From NCBI GenBank assembly GCA_964492765.1, contig CAZBLB010000001.1, forward strand, positions 1,736 to 65,735: a stretch of DNA of 64,000 nt. Reading direction: 5' to 3'. The notes under the pieces are model-generated. The model was given only the letters and a program-made list of their open reading frames with translations, had not been told where the DNA came from and searched no databases. The stretch comes from an uncultured Candidatus Saccharibacteria bacterium. GTDB taxonomy: Bacteria; Patescibacteriota; Saccharimonadia; Saccharimonadales; Saccharimonadaceae. The position numbers and the translations under genes are program-made. Below, piece by piece: positions 48,419 to 58,713 of the stretch (positions are counted from its first letter, which is position 1; every line of letters starts with the position of its first letter).

Positions 48419-51400
48419 CTAGACAATTTTTACGCAATCTTCCCCCAAAACTTTCCCCATTTCCTTCAAAAACCCTTCGCTCGAATCCACCCTAAACGGC
48501 ATCTTTAGTGCCTTCTTCTCATCTTTTTCTTGCAACACCAAAATCACATCCTGCATCCCGAGATTTCTATCACAAACCCTCTTTACAGCGCTTAAAACCT
48601 CCACGTCGTCCGGTTTTTTCACCAAAAGATAAACTTTTTCTTTTCGCGTATCCTTCGGCGGCGTCACTGGCCCCCGCACCCGTTCTATCTCCACCCCTCC
48701 GCCATTAGAACCTCCGTAACCTCCAGTGCTCCCGCGACTATATCCCCCCGACCCGACCCCTTCCGCCACCGTTTTTCCTCTCCGCCTAAACTGCGGTGCT
48801 TCCTTTGGCGGCGCCAACCTCGTCCCCGTCGCTTCATATCCCGCCAGCGTCTCATCAGAAATCACCTCGCACGAATCCATCAAAATCTTCACATCCGACA
48901 CAATATTTCCGTTTTTATCTTTTGCGTTCACCCTCCCTATCACCTTTATCACATTATCCTGCACTAGCTTCCCCCCATATTGCTCATACACCGAAGGAAA
49001 AACTATTATCTCTTGCTCGCTCGTCTTGTTCTCTATCTTCACAAACGCCATCTTCGTCCCCGACTTCGTCAAAATCGTCCTCACCCCAGAAATTATCCCG
49101 CCCACCACCACCGTCTTCCCGTCGTTTTCCGCCGTCACTACGCTAAACGGATGCGTCTGCTCATCAAAATACGTGTCATATTTATCCAGCGGGTGTGCCG
49201 ACACATAAAGCCCCATCAAATCTCGCTCCCAAAGTAGCTGTTCTTTCTCCGTATATTGCGTCGGCGCCGGTTTTATCTCTACTTCCGGTATCGCTGTTGC
49301 TGCCCCAAACGCTCCAAAAAGGTCAGTTTGCCCCGACGCGGCGTCTTTCTGCATCTTCGCCCCATACGCCTGTATGCCCTCCAAATTATAAAGTATGTCA
49401 CTCCTCGTCCCAAACCTATCAAACGCCCCCGTTTTTATCGACGACTCCCACGCCTTCTTATTAAACTTCGTCGAATCCACCCTTTTCGCAAAGTCACACA
49501 CGCTCTTAAACGGCCCATTGAGGTCTCGCTCCGGTATCACTTTTTCCTCCACCAGTGCCTTCCCGACCCCTTTTATGCCCGACAGCCCAAACCTTATTGT
49601 GTTTTCTCCGCCCACAATACCAAAATCCCCATAGCTCTGATTAATATCCGGCCCAAGCACCTTCAGTCCCATCCTCTTACATTCCGCAATCTCAATCGCC
49701 AACCTATCCGTCCATCTCATATCCGCCGTCATTAGTGCCGCCATATAAGCGTCCGGATAATGCGCCTTTAGATATGCCGTCCAATAGCTCACCAACCCAT
49801 AGCACGCGGCGTGACTCTTATTAAAACAATAGTTCGCAAAGTCCAGTAATTGTCGCCAAAACTCCTCCGCAATTTCCTCCGTCGCCCCACCGACTTTCAC
49901 CGCGCCCTCAATAAACTGCGGCTTCACTTTCTTCATCAAGTCAATTTTCTTCTTACCTACCGCCTTCCGAAGCGTGTCCGCCTGCCCGCCCGTAAACCCG
50001 CACCACTCACGACTTATCTGCATGAACTGCTCCTGATAAATCATAATCCCGTATGTGCTCTTGAGCGAATTTTCTAGTCCCGGATGAAGATACGTTATTT
50101 CTTCCTCGCCGTGCTTGCGCCGAATAAACGAATCTATAAACTGCATCGGCCCCGGACGATAGAGCGCCACCATGGCGATAATGTCCTCAAAATGGTCCGC
50201 CCTCAAATCCTTCAAATATCTCTTCATCCCCGCCGACTCTAGCTGAAACACCCCTGTCGTTTCGGCGTTCTGAAGCAATTTATAAGTTTTTTCGTCATCT
50301 AGTGGCACCGCATACATATCTATATCGTCGTGATACACCTTACGTATCATTCTCAGCGCATTATTTATCACCGACAAGTTCGACAGCCCCAAAAAGTCCA
50401 TTTTGAGCAGCCCCAGCTCCTCAATCGTCCCCATCGGAAACTGCGCCGCTATCGGCCCTTTCGCCGACACCTCAAGTGGTACAAATTTCACCAAATCATC
50501 CGGCGCAATCACCACCCCACAGGCGTGCACCCCGTGCCCGCGTATTGTCCCCTCTAACCTGCTCGCAAAATCCAACACCTCCCTACTCGTCGGGTTCGTT
50601 TCATACTCATTTTTAAGGTCAGGCACATCTCTTATTGCATCCGGAAGATGCACATGATGTCCCATCACTGGATCAGGCACCATCTTCGCAAGCCTGTCCG
50701 CTTCCGCATACGGCACCTCAAGCACCCTCGCCACGTCTCTCACCGCGTTCTTCGCCATCATCTTGCCAAACGTTGCAATATTCGACACTCTTCCGAACCC
50801 ATATTTCTCCGTACAATATTGAATAACCTCGTCTCGCCTCGTATCTTGTATGTCCGTGTCAATATCCGGCATAGATATACGGTCAGGGTTCAAAAACCGC
50901 TCAAACAGCAGGTCATATTTCATCGGGTCCAGCTCGGTTATCCTTAACGCATACGCAAGAAGCGCCCCCGCTGCACTGCCACGCCCCGGCCCATAAATAA
51001 TACCTTTTTTCTTACCCCAGTTAATAAAATCCCAAACAATCAAAAAGTATCCATTATAGCCCATTTTATCCACCACCGACAGTTCATAATCTATCCTCGG
51101 TAATAGCTTATGTAGCTCATCTCGCTCCTCATCCACCTTCTCTAGTATCTTCCGACACTCTTCGACGCTCATTTTCGGCGTCTCCGACTCCTCCACCCCG
51201 CCGTACCTAAACACAAGCCCTCTAAACACCAACTTATCAAGATAAGTCTTATCGGTCTCTCCCTCCGGAACAGGAAACTTCGGAATCAAAATCCGCCCCA
51301 GCTCAAGTTCAACATTACATCTCTCGGCTATCCTCTTCGAGTTTAGTACTGCCTCCGGACACGTCTCTTGCCATCTCGAAATAATCTCCTCCGGCGGTAT

Positions 51401-52177
51401 CACATGTAGCTGAAACTCTTTCAGGCTCATCCTGTTCGTGTCGGAAAGGTTCGACCCCGTCCCCACGCAAAGCAACACTTCATGCGCATCTTGATCCTCA
51501 TGTTTAAGATAATGCGCATCACACGTCACCACTAGTGGCAGTTTGAACTCCTCCGCATGCGCCATCAGCCAATCATTTATCTTCGTCTGCTCACTCCAAT
51601 GTGTCGGCGACTTCGGATGCCCGTGGTCTTGCATCTCCAAATAAAACCTATCCTTAAACACCCCCGCATACCACTTTATTAACTCCTTCGCTTTTTCCTC
51701 ATCGTCCGCCCGTATCGCCTCCGAAATCTCCGACCCTGCGCACCCCGACAAACAAATCAACCCCTCGTTATATTTTTCCAAATCCTTATGGTCGGTTCTC
51801 GGCTTATAATATTTTCCGTTTATCTCCGCATTACTCATTATCCGGCACAGATTCTCAAACCCCTTGTTATTCATTGCAAGCAGCGTAATATGAAACCTCT
51901 GTTTATCATGTGCCGGGTCCCTATCTTCCAAATTTCTCGCCGCCACATACGCCTCGAGCCCGAGTATCGGCTTTATTCCGGCATCCTTGCAGGTCTTATA
52001 AAGCTCCACCAGCCCCGACATCGTCCCATGGTCCGTCACTGCCACCGCTTCCATACCGTGTTCCTTCACAAAATCTACCAGCTCTGGTATCTTCGTCAAC
52101 CCATCAAGCAGAGAATAATGCGTATGATTATGCAGGTGCACAAAGTCGCTCGGTTTTAGCTCCACTCTTTCTGTCAT
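48419..52177 (-). CDS. dnaE: DNA polymerase III alpha subunit
   Basis: FVHLHNHTHYSLLDG, GRGSAAG, MPDIDTD, KMDFLGL, FQLES, FNKSHA; ATG 52177 follows TGTTATAAT. Confidence 0.99.
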   Translation of the reverse strand: MTERVELKPSDFVHLHNHTHYSLLDGLTKIPELVDFVKEHGMEAVAVTDHGTMSGLVELYKTCKDAGIKPILGLEAYVAARNLEDRDPAHDKQRFHITLLAMNNKGFENLCRIMSNAEINGKYYKPRTDHKDLEKYNEGLICLSGCAGSEISEAIRADDEEKAKELIKWYAGVFKDRFYLEMQDHGHPKSPTHWSEQTKINDWLMAHAEEFKLPLVVTCDAHYLKHEDQDAHEVLLCVGTGSNLSDTNRMSLKEFQLHVIPPEEIISRWQETCPEAVLNSKRIAERCNVELELGRILIPKFPVPEGETDKTYLDKLVFRGLVFRYGGVEESETPKMSVEECRKILEKVDEERDELHKLLPRIDYELSVVDKMGYNGYFLIVWDFINWGKKKGIIYGPGRGSAAGALLAYALRITELDPMKYDLLFERFLNPDRISMPDIDTDIQDTRRDEVIQYCTEKYGFGRVSNIATFGKMMAKNAVRDVARVLEVPYAEADRLAKMVPDPVMGHHVHLPDAIRDVPDLKNEYETNPTSREVLDFASRLEGTIRGHGVHACGVVIAPDDLVKFVPLEVSAKGPIAAQFPMGTIEELGLLKMDFLGLSNLSVINNALRMIRKVYHDDIDMYAVPLDDEKTYKLLQNAETTGVFQLESAGMKRYLKDLRADHFEDIIAMVALYRPGPMQFIDSFIRRKHGEEEITYLHPGLENSLKSTYGIMIYQEQFMQISREWCGFTGGQADTLRKAVGKKKIDLMKKVKPQFIEGAVKVGGATEEIAEEFWRQLLDFANYCFNKSHAACYGLVSYWTAYLKAHYPDAYMAALMTADMRWTDRLAIEIAECKRMGLKVLGPDINQSYGDFGIVGGENTIRFGLSGIKGVGKALVEEKVIPERDLNGPFKSVCDFAKRVDSTKFNKKAWESSIKTGAFDRFGTRSDILYNLEGIQAYGAKMQKDAASGQTDLFGAFGAATAIPEVEIKPAPTQYTEKEQLLWERDLMGLYVSAHPLDKYDTYFDEQTHPFSVVTAENDGKTVVVGGIISGVRTILTKSGTKMAFVKIENKTSEQEIIVFPSVYEQYGGKLVQDNVIKVIGRVNAKDKNGNIVSDVKILMDSCEVISDETLAGYEATGTRLAPPKEAPQFRRRGKTVAEGVGSGGYSRGSTGGYGGSNGGGVEIERVRGPVTPPKDTRKEKVYLLVKKPDDVEVLSAVKRVCDRNLGMQDVILVLQEKDEKKALKMPFRVDSSEGFLKEMGKVLGEDCVKIV

Positions 52178-52276
52178 GTTAAAATTATAACACAGCAAAA
52201 ATCGTTCATCGGCTTGCTTTTTATAGCTCCCCTATGTTAAAATAACCATAAGTAAAACACTAACTTGAGAAAATCC

Positions 52277-53089
52277 ATGGATAACAAACCTCAAAACGAA
52301 ACCAACCCCGCGCCTGACGTCGCCGCCGAGAACGTCCCCGAGCCTACTACTCCTCCGCCCGCTCCCGAAGCGCCTGCGGCCGAGCCTACCGCCAACATTC
52401 CCGTCGTCGACAACACCGCCCCGACCGAGACAGAAGCCCCTAGCGAGACTCCTACGCCCGCCACAGAACCTCTAGCGACCGAAGCTCCCGCGCCCGAAAC
52501 CACCCCGGTTCCTACCGGGCCAACCGCCGAAGCTACCCCTACCCCCGCTGAGCCGACTGCCGAGACTCCTACCGTCTCCTCCGCCGAGCCAGAACCCGCT
52601 ACTACTCCCGACCTCTCCTCTCCAGAAACCTTGGTCGCCGCCGCCGAAGCCGAATCTCCTGTCGAGATGAAAACTGGCGCCTTTGGCCCTGGCCAGCCCA
52701 AGAAAAAATCTTCCGCCGTCGTCCTCCTAATTATCTTCCTTTTACTTCTCCTCGGAGGTGGCGCCGCCTATTACTTCATTATCTACGCTCCCGCTCAAAA
52801 ATCTTCCACCCCTACCGTTCCCATCACGCCTATCACCCCCGCCGACGAGCCAGTAAAGCCGTCCGACGATACTACTCCGGCTTCCGATTCTTCCACCGAT
52901 GACGCTACGCCGTCTTCCGACGCCTCCGACAACACCGAAAGCTCCGAAACTAGCGACGCCTCCGAAAGTTCCGAAAGCGGCTCTATCGCCCCAGAAACTT
53001 CTACTGAAATCGACGCTTCCAAAGATTGTGGCGCCACCGGCGACTGCGCCATCCGCCCCGTCGAACCAAAAACCGAGTCCGACAAATAA
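52277..53089 (+). CDS. Pro/Thr/Glu-rich single-pass membrane protein
   Basis: PAPE/TP-rich N-terminus, TM AVVLLIIFLLLLLGGGAAYYFIIY, acidic Ser/Asp-rich C-terminus. Confidence 0.8.
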   Translation: MDNKPQNETNPAPDVAAENVPEPTTPPPAPEAPAAEPTANIPVVDNTAPTETEAPSETPTPATEPLATEAPAPETTPVPTGPTAEATPTPAEPTAETPTVSSAEPEPATTPDLSSPETLVAAAEAESPVEMKTGAFGPGQPKKKSSAVVLLIIFLLLLLGGGAAYYFIIYAPAQKSSTPTVPITPITPADEPVKPSDDTTPASDSSTDDATPSSDASDNTESSETSDASESSESGSIAPETSTEIDASKDCGATGDCAIRPVEPKTESDK

Positions 53090-53113
53090 TCGCCCCCGCC
53101 TAGGTGTTCTTGC

Positions 53114-53644
53114 CTAGGCTTTTTGGTGTTCCAAATTTTTCAGCGCATAGACCGCTATTCCGGTCGCCACCGAAACATTAAACGATTCTTTCTTGCCCTC
53201 CATCGGTATTTCTAAAAACATATCAAATATATCATATAGCGAATAATCTATCCCCTTCATCTCCTCCCCAAGCACCAAAACTACCTTGTCTCCAAGTGCT
53301 CGCCTTATTCTTTCATAATTCTCCGGCACAAGAGATATTAGTCGCGTGTCTTCAATATTATTCTCCAGCCCAACGACAGAAAAGCCATCATCCTTTAATT
53401 TCTCTAGCTCAGATTTTATATCATCAGACGCATAAAAGTTTACGTATCTCTCCGCCCCTAATGCCGTTTTTGCTATCTGTTTGTTTAGTTTATCTCTGAG
53501 ATGGGGCAAAACCCTCATATCGTCCACCCTCGGCGTATAGCCAGAAAAGATTGCTTTCGCTACCCCAAACCCGTCCGCCGTCCTCAAAATCGCCCCCACA
53601 TTATACGTCGAACGAATATTGTCTAGCGCCAGCCACAATTCCAT
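53114..53644 (-). CDS. TrmH/SpoU family RNA methyltransferase
   Basis: LDNIRSTYNVGAILRTAD, LGEEMKG, EIPMEGKKESFNVSVA. Confidence 0.95.
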   Translation of the reverse strand: MELWLALDNIRSTYNVGAILRTADGFGVAKAIFSGYTPRVDDMRVLPHLRDKLNKQIAKTALGAERYVNFYASDDIKSELEKLKDDGFSVVGLENNIEDTRLISLVPENYERIRRALGDKVVLVLGEEMKGIDYSLYDIFDMFLEIPMEGKKESFNVSVATGIAVYALKNLEHQKA

Positions 53645-53670
53645 TCATTCATGATACAATAAAATAAGTC

Positions 53671-54258
53671 ATGATTCAAATAACCCCTGATAATCTTTCT
53701 CAAATTGCTAAAAGCCTCACCTCTGGTCAGGTCGTCGCGCTTCCGACCGAAACCGTTTATGGTCTCGCCGTCTCTCTTAACTCTCCCACCGCCCTAGAAA
53801 AACTTATTTATCTCAAACGTCGCGACCTAAAATCCGGCAAAGTTTTCACTCTCGTTCCGCCCAGCCCCGCCGACATCAAAACCTACGCGACTGTCACTCG
53901 CCTCGCCCGCACTTATATCGCCAAATATCTCCCCGGAGAAATCACCCTCATTCTTTCCAAAAACCCCGAGTTTTCTCACCCTTATTTTAACCATTTCTCC
54001 ACCATCGGCATCCGCATCCCCAACACCCCGCTCTTTAGCCGCCTCTTGCCCCTCGTCGGACCTATTCTCCTCACCTCCGCAAACCCTCGTGGCGAAAAGC
54101 CCGCCACCTCTTCAGAAGAGCTCATAAAAACCATGCCAAAAATCGACACTCTCGTTGAAGGCAAAACCCCCGAAGGTCGCCTGCCTTCCACTATTGTTGA
54201 CCTCACTAAAAAATCCCCCGTTATCGTCCGTCAAGGCAACCTAGTCATAAACCTCTAA
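53671..54258 (+). CDS. tsaC: L-threonylcarbamoyladenylate synthase (YrdC domain)
   Basis: LPTETVYGL, GIRIP, TSANP, PSTIVD. Confidence 0.93.
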   Translation: MIQITPDNLSQIAKSLTSGQVVALPTETVYGLAVSLNSPTALEKLIYLKRRDLKSGKVFTLVPPSPADIKTYATVTRLARTYIAKYLPGEITLILSKNPEFSHPYFNHFSTIGIRIPNTPLFSRLLPLVGPILLTSANPRGEKPATSSEELIKTMPKIDTLVEGKTPEGRLPSTIVDLTKKSPVIVRQGNLVINL

Positions 54259-54278
54259 ATATGGTATAATCTTCCCCG

Positions 54279-56546
54279 ATGAATCGTTATAACCCTCTTT
54301 CTATTGAACAAAAATGGCAAAAAATCTGGGAGAACACCTCCGCCTTTAAGGCCGACGACAAAGACACTAAAAAAGAAAAACTCTTTATCGCCGAAATGTT
54401 CCCCTATCCCTCCGGCGCCGGCCTCCACGTCGGTCACGTCCGCAATTTTTCCATCGTCGACGCTCTCGCCCGCTTCTACACCCAACAGGGCATGAACGTC
54501 CTGCGCCCCTTCGGCTACGACACCTTTGGTCTCCCCGCCGAAAACTATGCCATTAAAACCGGCACCTCGCCCAAAGACGCCACCAAAACCAACATCCACA
54601 ACTTCCGTACCCAGCTCAAACGCCTTGGCTTCGCAATAGATTGGAGCAGGGAAATAAACACTTCCGACCCCGAATACTACCGCTGGACCCAGTGGTGTTT
54701 CCTCCAACTTTTCAAAGCCGGCCTCGCCTACCAAAAAGAGTCTTATCAGTGGTGGTGTCCAGTCGACCAAACCGTCCTCGCGAACGAACAAGTCGAAAAC
54801 GGTCATTGTTGGCGCTGCGGGCACGAAGTCGAAAAGAAAAAAATGAAACAATGGTTCTTTAAGATTACCGCCTACGCCGACGAACTCTTAAAAGACATAG
54901 ACTCTCTCGATTGGCCGGAAAAAATCAAAACCGCCCAAAGAAACTGGATTGGCCGCTCCGAAGGCGCAGAAATCGACTTTTCCGTCTCCAAAACCCAAAA
55001 AATCACCGTTTTTACCACCCGTCCCGACACCATCGAAGGCGCAACTTTCCTTGTTCTTGCCCCTGAACACCCCCTCGCTAAAACCCTCGCCACCCCAGAC
55101 ACCAAAGCCGCTGTCGAAAATTACATCAAATCTTCTCTTAAAAAATCCGAAATCGAACGCCAAGAAAACAAAGAAAAAACCGGCGTCTTTACTGGCTCCT
55201 ACGCCAAAAATCCCGTCACTGGCGAAAAACTCCCCGTCTGGGTCGCCGACTACGTTCTCTCTGGCTACGGCACCGGCGCTATTATGGCCGTTCCTGCCGA
55301 AGACGACCGCGACCGCGAGTTTGCCGAAAAGTTCTCCCTCCCTGTCGTTAAAATCACTCATGTCCCCGACCCGCTCCCCGGAAAGAAAAAAGTTTCTTAC
55401 CGCATGCGCGACTGGCTTATCTCTCGCCAACGCTACTGGGGCTGTCCTATTCCTATCGCCTACGATAAAAACGGCGCTCCTCACGCCATCCCCGAAGACC
55501 AGCTCCCTGTTCTCCTTCCTGACATCACCGATTACAAGCCCGACTCTTCCGGCCGTTCCGCTCTCGCTAAAGCCAAAGATTGGCTTCACGTCACCATCGA
55601 CGGCGAAAAAATGACTCGCGAGACCGACACGCTCGACGGCTACGCCTGCTCCTCTTGGTATCTCTGGCGCTACGCCTCACCAAAAGACAACCACGCCGCC
55701 TGGGACCCCGACCTCATCCAAAAATGGGCGCCTACCGACGTCTATGTTGGCGGCGACCACGCTGTTGCCCACCTTCTCTACATCCGTTTCTGGTGCAAAT
55801 TCTTCGCAGACAAAGGCCTCCTGCCTTTCCGCGAACCAATCAAACGCCTCCTCTATAACGGCTACATCAACGCCCCCGACGGCAAGAAAATGAGCAAGAG
55901 CAAAGGCAACGTCATCGACCCACTTGACGTCATCGACTCCGGCTACGGCGCTGACACCCTCCGCACCTATGAGCTCTTCATCGGTCCATACAACGAAGAT
56001 GCCGCTTGGTCCACCAAGGCCATCGGTGGCGTCTATCGCTTCCTTAACCGCTGTTATAATCTCGCGTTCGACGCTTCGCTAAAAACCTGCGACCAAAAAC
56101 TTACCGCCTTTATCCGCAACAAAACCACCAAAAAAGTCACCGATGATTTATCCCGCGCCAGCTTCAATACCGCCGTCGCCGCCCTTATGGAATACGTCAA
56201 CGAACTCTATAAATCCGGCAGCTCTCCCGCCGACCTCGTTGTTCTCTCAAAACTCCTCAAGCCTTTCGCGCCTCATCTCGCCTCCGAAATGCTCGAAAAG
56301 CTCGGCGAAGACGACTCTTGGCCATTCTACGATTCTTCCGCCCTCACCGAAAGCTCCGTCGAAGTCGTCGTTCAAATCAACGGCAAGCTCCGCGCTAAGC
56401 TCTCCGTCTCCTCCTCCGACCTTAAAGACCAAGAAAAACTCGCTGCTCTCGCTCGAGAAAACGAAAACGTCCAAAAATTCCTCAAAACCGAGCCTAAAAA
56501 GACCATTTTTGTCGAAAAAGCCCACTTACTAAATTTTGTCGTCTAA
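54279..56546 (+). CDS. leuS: leucyl-tRNA synthetase
   Basis: MFPYPSGAGLHVGH, TTRPDT, RDWLISRQRYWG, KMSKSKGN. Confidence 0.99.
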   Translation: MNRYNPLSIEQKWQKIWENTSAFKADDKDTKKEKLFIAEMFPYPSGAGLHVGHVRNFSIVDALARFYTQQGMNVLRPFGYDTFGLPAENYAIKTGTSPKDATKTNIHNFRTQLKRLGFAIDWSREINTSDPEYYRWTQWCFLQLFKAGLAYQKESYQWWCPVDQTVLANEQVENGHCWRCGHEVEKKKMKQWFFKITAYADELLKDIDSLDWPEKIKTAQRNWIGRSEGAEIDFSVSKTQKITVFTTRPDTIEGATFLVLAPEHPLAKTLATPDTKAAVENYIKSSLKKSEIERQENKEKTGVFTGSYAKNPVTGEKLPVWVADYVLSGYGTGAIMAVPAEDDRDREFAEKFSLPVVKITHVPDPLPGKKKVSYRMRDWLISRQRYWGCPIPIAYDKNGAPHAIPEDQLPVLLPDITDYKPDSSGRSALAKAKDWLHVTIDGEKMTRETDTLDGYACSSWYLWRYASPKDNHAAWDPDLIQKWAPTDVYVGGDHAVAHLLYIRFWCKFFADKGLLPFREPIKRLLYNGYINAPDGKKMSKSKGNVIDPLDVIDSGYGADTLRTYELFIGPYNEDAAWSTKAIGGVYRFLNRCYNLAFDASLKTCDQKLTAFIRNKTTKKVTDDLSRASFNTAVAALMEYVNELYKSGSSPADLVVLSKLLKPFAPHLASEMLEKLGEDDSWPFYDSSALTESSVEVVVQINGKLRAKLSVSSSDLKDQEKLAALARENENVQKFLKTEPKKTIFVEKAHLLNFVV

Positions 56547-56617
56547 CGCTTTCTTCCTTGAAATTTTCTCAAAAGTGTGCTAAAATAGTATAAAGTATCT
56601 ATCACTAAAGGAGCATT

Positions 56618-56818
56618 ATGCCTGAACCTAAAAAACAGAGCAGCCCGCGCAAAACCGGCCTTAGAAGGAGTCACCTCCGCCTAAGCCTCGCTCGCGCCGT
56701 TAACAAAATCTCTCCGGTCAAAGCCTTCGAGACTAAGAAAAAGACCCCTAATCTTAAAGTAAAAACCGCCACCTGCAAAAAATGTGGTTCTAAAAACTGC
56801 AAGTGCAAAAAGGACTAA
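56618..56818 (+). CDS. rpmF: 50S ribosomal protein L32 with Cys-rich C-terminal tail
   Basis: [19 protein letters not shown]; AAGGAG RBS; upstream of nusB and rnc. Confidence 0.88.
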   Translation: MPEPKKQSSPRKTGLRRSHLRLSLARAVNKISPVKAFETKKKTPNLKVKTATCKKCGSKNCKCKKD

Positions 56819-56819
56819 A

Positions 56820-57380
56820 GTGGCTTCAAATCGGCACCTAGGCAGAATTATATCGCTCCAGAGCTTGTACGAATACGAGTTCCGCAGCAAGGCGGGCGAC
56901 GCCAACGCCGAAATCGACCATATCGTCGCAAAAAACATCATTCCATACGAAAAAGCCCTAGGAGACACTGAGTTCGTCTATCGTCTTTCTCGTGGCGTCG
57001 TCGAAAAGACCCCCGAGCTAGACGCCGAACTCTCCCCGCTTGCCCCTGAATGGCCGCTTGACACTATCGCCGCCATCGACCGCAACGTCCTCCGTATCGG
57101 ACTTTACGAACTTAAATATTGCGCCGACTCGGTTCCTCCGAAAGTCGCCATCAACGAAGCCGTCGAGCTTGCCAAAGCCTTCGGCGCAGAAAACTCATCA
57201 AAATTCATCAACGGCGTTCTTGGCTCCGCGTTTAAAAAACTCGGTCTTAAAGCCGATAGTTCTGATGGGTCCAAAGAAAAAACTCATGACAACTCCTCCC
57301 AAAACTCCACCTCAGACGACCCCGGCAAAGAGTCTGCCTCCGCGCCGTCCGCCGCTCAAGAGGAAGGGGAACAATCTTAA
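56820..57380 (+). CDS. nusB: transcription antitermination factor NusB
   Basis: [45 protein letters not shown]; GTG at 56820. Confidence 0.95.
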   Translation: MASNRHLGRIISLQSLYEYEFRSKAGDANAEIDHIVAKNIIPYEKALGDTEFVYRLSRGVVEKTPELDAELSPLAPEWPLDTIAAIDRNVLRIGLYELKYCADSVPPKVAINEAVELAKAFGAENSSKFINGVLGSAFKKLGLKADSSDGSKEKTHDNSSQNSTSDDPGKESASAPSAAQEEGEQS

Positions 57381-57903
57381 AGTTCCGGAAGCCCTTCCGA
57401 AACAATACAAACCTTCCCCGATTAGCAAAATCAAGGAGACCGTCTTCCGCAAAAAGCCGGTCATCCAAGAGATTGTCCGCGAACCGACCGCTGGCGGCAT
57501 TGTTTTTCGACTCACTCCCGACAGTCGCGATATTGAGATTCTTCTTATTCAAGATTCCAAAAATCGCTGGACTATTCCTAAGGGTCACATCGAGCCAGGC
57601 GAGTCCGCCAAACAAACCGCCATCCGCGAAATCGGCGAAGAGGCTGGGCTTTTCCATATCAACGTTCTCTGTTGGCTCGGCAAAATCCATTTCAAATACC
57701 GCCGTCTCGACAAACTTGTCCTCATGACCACCCAAATCTACCTTGTCCACTCCCTTGACCCCCGCGAAACACCCACCAAAGAAAAATGGATGAACGGCAT
57801 CAAATGGTTCAAATTTTCCGACGCCCTCGACGCTATCGAATACGAAGACATAGAAAAACTCATGCTCATAGCAAAGAAAAAAATCCGCTCAGGAGAATTT
57901 TAA
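57286..57903 (+). CDS. NUDIX hydrolase (start codon uncertain)
   Basis: Nudix box [23 protein letters not shown]; the nearest in-frame ATG (57286) lies inside nusB. Confidence 0.85.
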   Translation: MTTPPKTPPQTTPAKSLPPRRPPLKRKGNNLKVPEALPKQYKPSPISKIKETVFRKKPVIQEIVREPTAGGIVFRLTPDSRDIEILLIQDSKNRWTIPKGHIEPGESAKQTAIREIGEEAGLFHINVLCWLGKIHFKYRRLDKLVLMTTQIYLVHSLDPRETPTKEKWMNGIKWFKFSDALDAIEYEDIEKLMLIAKKKIRSGEF

Positions 57904-57909
57904 ACACAC

Positions 57910-58611
57910 ATGGACACTACCCCCTATCAAACTTTCGCCGAAGAAAAACTCGGCTTCAAATTTAATGACATCAACTTGCTCATTACTGCCCTCACCCACC
58001 GCAGTTACGTCAACGAGCATAAAAAATCCGCCACCGCCCACAACGAGCGTCTCGAATTTCTCGGCGATGCCGTTCTCGAACTCGTTTCCTCCGACTTCCT
58101 CTTTCGTAACTACGACGAGCCCGAAGGTGTCATGACCTCCCTTCGCGCCGCCCTCGTCCGCACCGAGTCCATCGGTGCCGCCGGCGAAGAACTCGGCTAC
58201 GCACCCCTCGTCCGCCTCTCTCGTGGCGAAAAACACGGCACCGACCGCGCCCACGCCGTCATCCTCGCTGACTGTTTCGAGGCCGTCATCGGCGCCATTT
58301 ATCTCGACAAAGGCTACGAAGAAGCCAAAAAGTTCATAGAAAAGCATATTCTGACCAAAATTGACGACATTCTCGATTCCGGCTCTTGGCGCGACCCCAA
58401 GTCCTACTTCCAAGAACTCGCCCAAAAAGCCGACGGAGAAACCCCAGCCTACCACACCATCAAAGAAGAAGGGCCCGACCACGACAAAACCTTCACTGTC
58501 GGCGTTTATGTCGGCAAGTCTATCAAAGGTGTAGGCGTCGGTCACAGCAAACAAGAAGCCCAAACCGCCGCCGCAAAAGAGGGAATCAAAGCCTACAAGC
58601 TCGGAAAATAA
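57910..58611 (+). CDS. rnc: ribonuclease III
   Basis: HNERLEFLGDAVL, ADCFEAVIGAIYLD, dsRBD DPKSYFQE. Confidence 0.99.
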   Translation: MDTTPYQTFAEEKLGFKFNDINLLITALTHRSYVNEHKKSATAHNERLEFLGDAVLELVSSDFLFRNYDEPEGVMTSLRAALVRTESIGAAGEELGYAPLVRLSRGEKHGTDRAHAVILADCFEAVIGAIYLDKGYEEAKKFIEKHILTKIDDILDSGSWRDPKSYFQELAQKADGETPAYHTIKEEGPDHDKTFTVGVYVGKSIKGVGVGHSKQEAQTAAAKEGIKAYKLGK

Positions 58612-58713
58612 TCTCTCACCCTTCTCGTTCGTCTTCGCGCGTCTCCTCACCTCTTTACTTTTTCCCCAAAATCTACTATAATAAACCCACTATTAATTTT
58701 AAGGAGAAATCCA

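Noticed and set aside
55260-55330. LeuRS editing motif reads AVPAEDDRD instead of AVPxHDxRD
   Set aside because: The Thr-rich TTRPDT and the terminal catalytic Asp are retained, so there is no good evidence for loss of editing
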